This document shows, piece by piece, positions 58,027-64,000 of a DNA stretch of 64,000 nt; position 1 is the stretch's first letter; every line of letters begins with the position of its first letter. Origin of the DNA: Macrostomum lignano (lineage: Eukaryota). The DNA is taken from contig NIVC01001234.1 of NCBI GenBank assembly GCA_002269645.1, positions 62,001 to 126,000 of the forward strand, written 5' to 3'. Position numbers and translations under genes: made by a program. The notes under the pieces were generated by a model. The model did no database searches. It was not told the origin of the DNA and saw only the letters and a list, made by a program, of their open reading frames with translations.

Positions 58027-61000
58027 TCAGTCGTTCGGACTGCCACCGGCCAGTGGAATGGCTCGATGGTGGCGCCACGGTTGCCGCACTCGCCACTCGG
58101 GCGGCTGCACCATCAGCATCATAGCCGGCGGGGTGGCGGCTTCCCCTCCCGCCGCTGCCGATGACATTCGGCGACGCCGGTGACGGCGCTGCCTCCGGCC
58201 GGCGGGTAGGAATTTTCTGGCCACGGCTGGACAGCAGAGGCGGTAGAGCGCGGCGCGGAACTGCCTACTGAACGAGTAGTAGAGTAGGATGTTGCAGGCA
58301 GAGTTGAGGATCACGAGCAGGTTGGCTACGTCGCCAAAGCAGACGAAGCCGGGGCTGAGCTTGGACCGAGCCGGAGCGGGCGTCTCCATGCCGGTCATGT
58401 TGGCGAAGGGCCACAGGATGTGATGCACCCCGGATTGCGACTCTTGAGTGCTGGACAGATTGGCGAGCGGCCACGCCAGATGCGGCACGGCAGTTGGCGA
58501 GTCCGGCTCCGACAGGTTGGCGAAGGGCCACAGAATGTGGTGCACGGCAGCCGGCGTCTGGCAGAATATGAAGAAAAAAACCACCGCCACCAGCATCCGG
58601 TTCGTGTCGCGACGACCAGAAGAGACGCCGCGACCGCCGTCACGGCCGCCGCCGCTACCCTGTCACGCCGATCGATGCGCACGGCTCCGGCGCCTCGGAT
58701 GGCGCCGGCGCGCCGCATCTCACACATAAGCAGCGCGTTCATGATGCCAATGCAGAGCAGCGGACCGAGAACCACCAGCAGCAGCCATACTATCAGGTGG
58801 TAGCCAATGCGGAAGGCTCCAGACGATCCGACAGGTGAGATAATGTACCACTGCAGCTTGGAGACTGACAGCGGCTCCATCACCTGCCCGAGCAGCTTGC
58901 TGCTGTTGTCCTGATGCGTACTGTTCAGGTAGAAAAGCTTCATATCGTTGGTGAAGAGAGTATACTCAAAAAAGCGAGGCAGGCCGATTAGAAAGGCGCA
59001 GACCACAATCAGCACCACGGCCACGTGGGTGGTGCGTCGGGTGCAGTGTCGGTCGCCAGCAAGGCGGTGGCAGATCATCACGTAGCGGTCTGCCGTCAGC
59101 GCCACGGTCAGCCAGTTTGACATAACCTGAGCAACCAGACGGCGGAGATGGGCATCCTTAGTAAGATGTAAGATCTAGGATGGCGTCCCTAGACTTGACT
59201 TGGGGTTCAGCATCCATGGCGGCCAAGACCTAAGACACTCAAGACGTGTGATGAAGCAATGCGCAAAGAATTTGGATTCACACTAAATTCTTTTTTATTT
59301 CTAAGAAGTTTAAGAGTTCTTTCTGGAATTGATCTATTTTAATCGCTTGGCAGATCCAATTTGGTGGCTACCTTGGTCAGTGTGGCAATGCTGCCTCGAA
59401 GGGGGGGGGGTTCAAAAAGTTTTTGTCGTTCGGCCAGTTAAAAAGCTTCTTTGATAATTTTTAGGCATAGTAAAATAACTTTAGAATGGAATATATAGGA
59501 TACAGCGTTTTTATGTCTTTTTAAGTGTATCTTTTTACATGAATTCCAAGAACCCCCCATCGGATTTTCAGCGAAATGGACAGTCAATCACCCTCGCCAA
59601 CCAGCGGCATCCGGGTGCTGCGCGACCGACGGCAGATGTGCATTGATTGCCAGGAGGACTATGGTGAAAATTTAAAGTTGAGTTCAAATGCGAACGATTA
59701 TGTGCACGACAAAAATTTTTGAACCCCCCCCCCTCGTAAATAAACCAAATAACAAAGAAATGTTGAGCAAATTGTAGGAATGTTTCTAAGAATGAGTGAG
59801 CAAGTACTGCTCGGGATTCGTGAAGGGCTTCGGACTACCGGGCTTCCCTGTGAAAATTCTAGCCACGGAAACTTGCGCGAGAAATTTGCAGGCAGTTCAA
59901 AAAAACAGCCAAATGCTAATTTTTCAAATGCTTCCAATTTCTTTAACATTTCAAAATCAAAGCCAATGCCAAAGCTAGACGGGTAAAAGGTACATGCTTT
60001 TTAATATGTGCTAGTCGGAAGAGTTTTTTACGAATATTTTACTTCCGAGGTGCATTGAAAGCTAGAAAAAAGTTTGCTAAACTAAAATTTACTCAGCCTC
60101 AGTATGGCCAATTCGCATCAATATTCTTCTATCTCAAATGGAACCAGCCAGTCGTTATATTTCGACACAGAGCGTCCGTCTCCCTGCCCCCAACTCAACG
60201 GGAAGTGAATGGCTTCGGGCCGGGTTTGCTTAGCGAATGAATGGATCATGCCTTTCCGGAACCGAGCCTGCATATACACAGTAGCTCTGCTACAGTTCCC
60301 GTTCCGGAGGAATTCCCCCAGGAAGAATCTCGCCAGCTCGTGCCAAGTCACACGTGACGTCGTCAGCGGGCCAGTCCGCTAAATTGCTGTGACATCCGCG
60401 ATGAGGGCGCTGGGGGCGAAGGATCAGGGGAGCAGGGAAGAGGCGATGGGTGTGATAGCCCGGCCCGCCTAGACACTAAGAACTGATGCTTATCCTTGGC
60501 ATAAGTTCCCGGAGAGAGCTCACGTCTCAGCCCCCAGGGCGATGCGCGGATGATTTTTGATGAGGGATTTTAGCGCAAACAGCGTGCCTGACTCTGGAAT
60601 TCGAATAGGCATATGTACGAGTACATGTTATGCAAGCGAGAGACAAAAAACTCAGAAGCGAAAGAGTGGGACGAGTGCAGCTGCTAGACTGACGCAGACG
60701 ACTATGATTGAACTATGCTGAGACACTTACGAGTAGTATGCCTTTACCTGAAACACCTGACTAAGCGCATGGATATAGATGTACGCGTGAGGCAGGGCCG
60801 ACCAGCCCAGCCAGACGAAGGGCTCGGCCACGTGGAACTGCGTCGACGTGTCCTTGATGAAGATGACCAGAGAGGAGAGCAGCACGAGACTGTCCGCGAT
60901 GGCCAGGGCGCACAGGTACAAGCGGGTGTTGTAGCGGATCCTGGAGCGCTGCACAAGAACGGTGAGAGCGGTCAGATTGGCCAGAATACCGGCGCAGCTC

Positions 61001-61083
61001 ACAGAGGTTCCGGTGACGCCGAGCACAGCGAAGCTGAATCGCCGCATCTGCAACTCGTACGGCGTGGCCTGCATGTCCGCCAT
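58027..61083 (-). CDS. Peptide-type rhodopsin-family GPCR (FMRFamide/sex-peptide-receptor-like), ~470 aa, with a frame break at ~58660
   Basis: Exon 1 is 61083-60748 (GILANLTALTVL, LYLCALAIADSLVL). Exon 2 starts at 59126 (VMSNWLTVALTADRYVMICH, GLPRFFEY, GPLLCIGIMN) and then shifts frame into MLVAVVFFFIFCQTP...ANLLVILNSACNILLYYSFSRQFR. All seven TM segments are present. Confidence 0.85.
59397..59736. mobile_element. Possible MITE: ~30-bp inverted repeat pair in the peptide-GPCR intron
   Basis: CGAAG10TTCAAAAAGTTTTTGTCG (59397-59428) pairs with CGACAAAAATTTTTGAAC10TCG (59707-59736). Confidence 0.55.
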
Positions 61084-62810
61084 GGCTGCGTCTGGGCCCT
61101 GAGGTTGGAAAGAGGCTTCAGGTTAACTAGCAATCCAGGCTGCTTCGCTGTTGCAATAACTGATAAGACACCACAGTACGTATCGCATTGATTTTTTAAT
61201 TACTGACCAGTTATCAAACGCATGAGTAAAGCTCATGACAAGTCATGAGTATAAAGAAAGGCAGCATCTAGGAACCTAGTTGAGTCAAACTCTTCCATTC
61301 TAGACTTGTTTGCCGTTTCTGAAAGTTCTAGAAGTTGCACGGAGACATGCACTGCAAGGGGCGGGGGCTGCATCAATACGAGTGTATAGTTTGGGATTCG
61401 TGCGCAGAAACTGGCCCGGTGTTTGTTGAGCGATTTACGCCCACTAGAGCCAAACCCAATGGCACAGAGCGGGTACAGATCTGGCCACGAGAAAGTCAGG
61501 GCCGCGGTGCGTGCTCAGGGTCAGCGAAATTGACGTTTCAATTGACGTTGATAATTGCACCAACATGATGTTTATACGAGCGTAGAACTTTGCATGACAG
61601 GTAATCATAACATCTGTACTGAAAACCCTGGATGCCTTCAATCCGATGCCAGTAATCTATCTATCAAGCATGGCAGGATACGCGCTCTCGCCTGTCCCCA
61701 AAGCAAACACAGACCGTCTGCATGCGATGTCAGGAGGAACAGAAACGGAACAAATAAGGAGGCTTGAAACTCACGCTAGTTGAAAGTCGATAGGCGCTGG
61801 GGCACCGGGCTGAGCACTAGTCTGATGCATAGGCAGATCACTGCATGTGAGCTCAGGGCGGGACTAAGCTACGGGCTTGGCTCAGAAATTAAACTCGGAA
61901 CGGGAGATGGCGAGTGGCCGCACCCTGCAAGCCAATAACCCGCCGACAGAGCAGCTTTCCTAGAACTCGACTTCCAGCCCCTGTGCGCCCAACCCTGAGG
62001 TGGGCAGTGTCTCTCTCTTTGCAGTTCGGCGGAGCAGCTGGGACAGAATATTCATTGTTAGCCAGTTAAGCGGAGGATGACAAAACAGCTGGCGCTACAG
62101 CCAGGAAGTAATGAAGCGGGATCGGGCGAATTAAAGAGATCACAGGAAGCTGCTTCTGTGCATTACTATATGCAACTAAGTGAACTCCGAAAGGAGCTTT
62201 ATTCGATTAACTTGGCCGCAAACGCTGTCACTACCCTACACAGGCATGCGATGCGGATTAGAAATGAGGGGCTTCAAAGAGCATGGCATGGAATGCTAAA
62301 TCTGGCATCGATCTACGCAATCTGTGCGGCAAGGAACTCAAAGGACAGTCAAGAGCCGGAGAGCAAAGGACCCCAATGGAAGTGAGCCGCTGTTAAAGTG
62401 CAAATTAAGAGAAATTCAAATCAATTCGATTCAAGACAACGAGTCGATCACGAGCGTCAAAGCAAGAAAACAGATTCCCTAAAAATAACACGCAGCAGGT
62501 GCAATAAAAAACGCCGGAGGGATCATTAAATTTGCAATTAATGCTGGATCACAATCATCCATAGCTGGTCAATGCGTCAATCACCTTCTGGGCTGACTAA
62601 GCCCGTCTGTCTGACAATTCCACTGCATCATGCGATGCCGATAGTCAGTCAGGCATATTTAATCAGAAGTGTACAAACTTTCCCAAAAACAGGAATATAG
62701 AAAACAAGTGAACTATTTACTCGTAGTATTTAATTAATGTTGAAACAAACTGAACTAAATAACCAGGAGTCAGACAGGTAGGCCTAAATCTGTGTATTTA
62801 AGGCATTTGT

Positions 62811-63280
62811 TTAGGGGTTTCAGTGTAATTAGATAAGACGAGGAGGGGTGGAGTGCGCCACTGGGAAAGAGGCGAGAACGGAGAGCCAATCAGAAGTCAG
62901 TGAGGGAGAGAGAGATAACAATAACATGATTGAACTAGACAGAGAGGGAGAGAAAACAGATTAAATATTTAGGGGTTTGAGTGTAATTAGATAAGACGAG
63001 GAGGGGTGGAGTGCGCCACTGAGGAAAGAGGCGAGAACGGAGAGCCAATCAGAAGTCAGCGAGGGAGAGAGAGATAACAATAACATGATTGAACTAGACA
63101 GAGAGGGAGAGAAAACAGATTAAATATTTAGGGGTTTGAGTGTAATTAGATAAGACGAGGAGAGGTGGTGTGCGCCACTGAGGAAAGAGGCGAGAACGGA
63201 GAGCCAATCAGAAGTCAGCGAGGGAGAGCGAGAGATAACAATAACATGATTGAACTAGACAGAGAGGGAGAGAAAACAGA
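62811..63280. repeat. 158/159-bp tandem repeat, three copies
   Basis: Units start with TTAGGGGTTT at 62811, 62969 and 63128. Each contains AGCCAATCAG. Confidence 0.92.
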
Positions 63281-63670
63281 GTAAACAGAGAAGTGAAGGT
63301 GAAATCAGAAATGACTAAGAAAGTCGCGACAAGGGAACTCATGGTTTGATCGAATAACTGCCTAATTCAATCAGGGCATGAGATTCTTGTGAGAACTTTG
63401 AAAAGCAGCTTAAAGCCTTCTCTGCTGTACAGAGTGGCCCAGACAAAATAGGTAAGTGGCAGCTAAAAGTCGATAAGCTAAAAGAAGTGCTAATTTTCTG
63501 AGTCTCCGAGGCTCGATGACGAGCCACGTCTACAGTTTGGCAGCAGCCGCGCACAGAAAGGATTCAATATCGTGGGAGCTCTTACAATGGACAAGTAGAC
63601 AAATAACGAGACAGACGGGGAAGCAATAAAACTTGCAGCAGTTTCTTATAAGGTGTACTTATAGAGGTGC

Positions 63671-64000
63671 CAGAGAGTGCTAGCAAGGGTTGCCAGAGTG
63701 CTAGCAGGGGTTGCCAGAGTGCTAGCAAAGGTGCCAAAGAGTGCTAGCAAGGGTGCCAAAGAGTGCTAGCAGGGGTTGCCAATGAGTGCTAGCAGGGGGG
63801 TGCCAAAGAGTGCTTGCAGGGGTGCCAAGGAGTGCTAGCAGGGGTGCTGAAGAGCGCTAGCAGGGGTGCTGAAGAGCGCTAGCAGGGGTGCAAAAGAGTG
63901 CTAGCAGGGGTTGCCAATGAGTGCTAGCAGGGGGGTGCCAAAGAGTGTTTGCAGGGGTGCCAAGGAGCGCTAGCAGGGGTGCAAAAGAGTGCTAGCAGGG
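63671..64000. repeat. Degenerate ~20-24-bp minisatellite running off the right edge
   Basis: Recurring unit AGAGTGCTAGCAGGGGTGCCA(A). Confidence 0.9.

Overview
Eukaryotic (animal) genomic DNA with spliceosomal introns, rich in repeats and transposons. A free-living flatworm such as Macrostomum is my unverified guess at the source. Five host genes were reconstructed by hand from splice sites and reading phase. (1) A 3-exon, four-EF-hand calcium-binding protein (1836-3048, +). (2) A giant, strongly cationic, probably secreted modular protein (~9.5-33.0 kb, +, ~4,700 aa): WSC, then nine near-identical in-frame 4-exon LCCL+vWA cassettes (1,584-bp tandem array), then a nested array of WSC exons, a diverged vWA cassette and a final WSC. 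(3) A 13-exon divergent ionotropic glutamate receptor-like gene (34198-41037, +) whose last two exons encode an S1/OB-fold domain resembling the C-terminal S1 domain of animal mitochondrial PNPase. This is the most novel-looking item. (4) A 3-exon 5-HT1-type serotonin GPCR (42678-53562, +). (5) A convergent peptide-type GPCR (58027-61083, -) with a frame break and a triplicated third extracellular loop. Between the genes are Ty3/gypsy remnants (one Gmr1/SCAN-type gag with LTR and tRNA-Leu PBS), a P/THAP transposase fragment, an RTE-like LINE tail inserted in a minisatellite, two tRNA-derived SINEs, MITE-like elements and about nine minisatellites. Several single-base deletions look like long-read consensus errors, so frameshifts should not be over-read. 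All family assignments come from motifs I recall, not from database searches.
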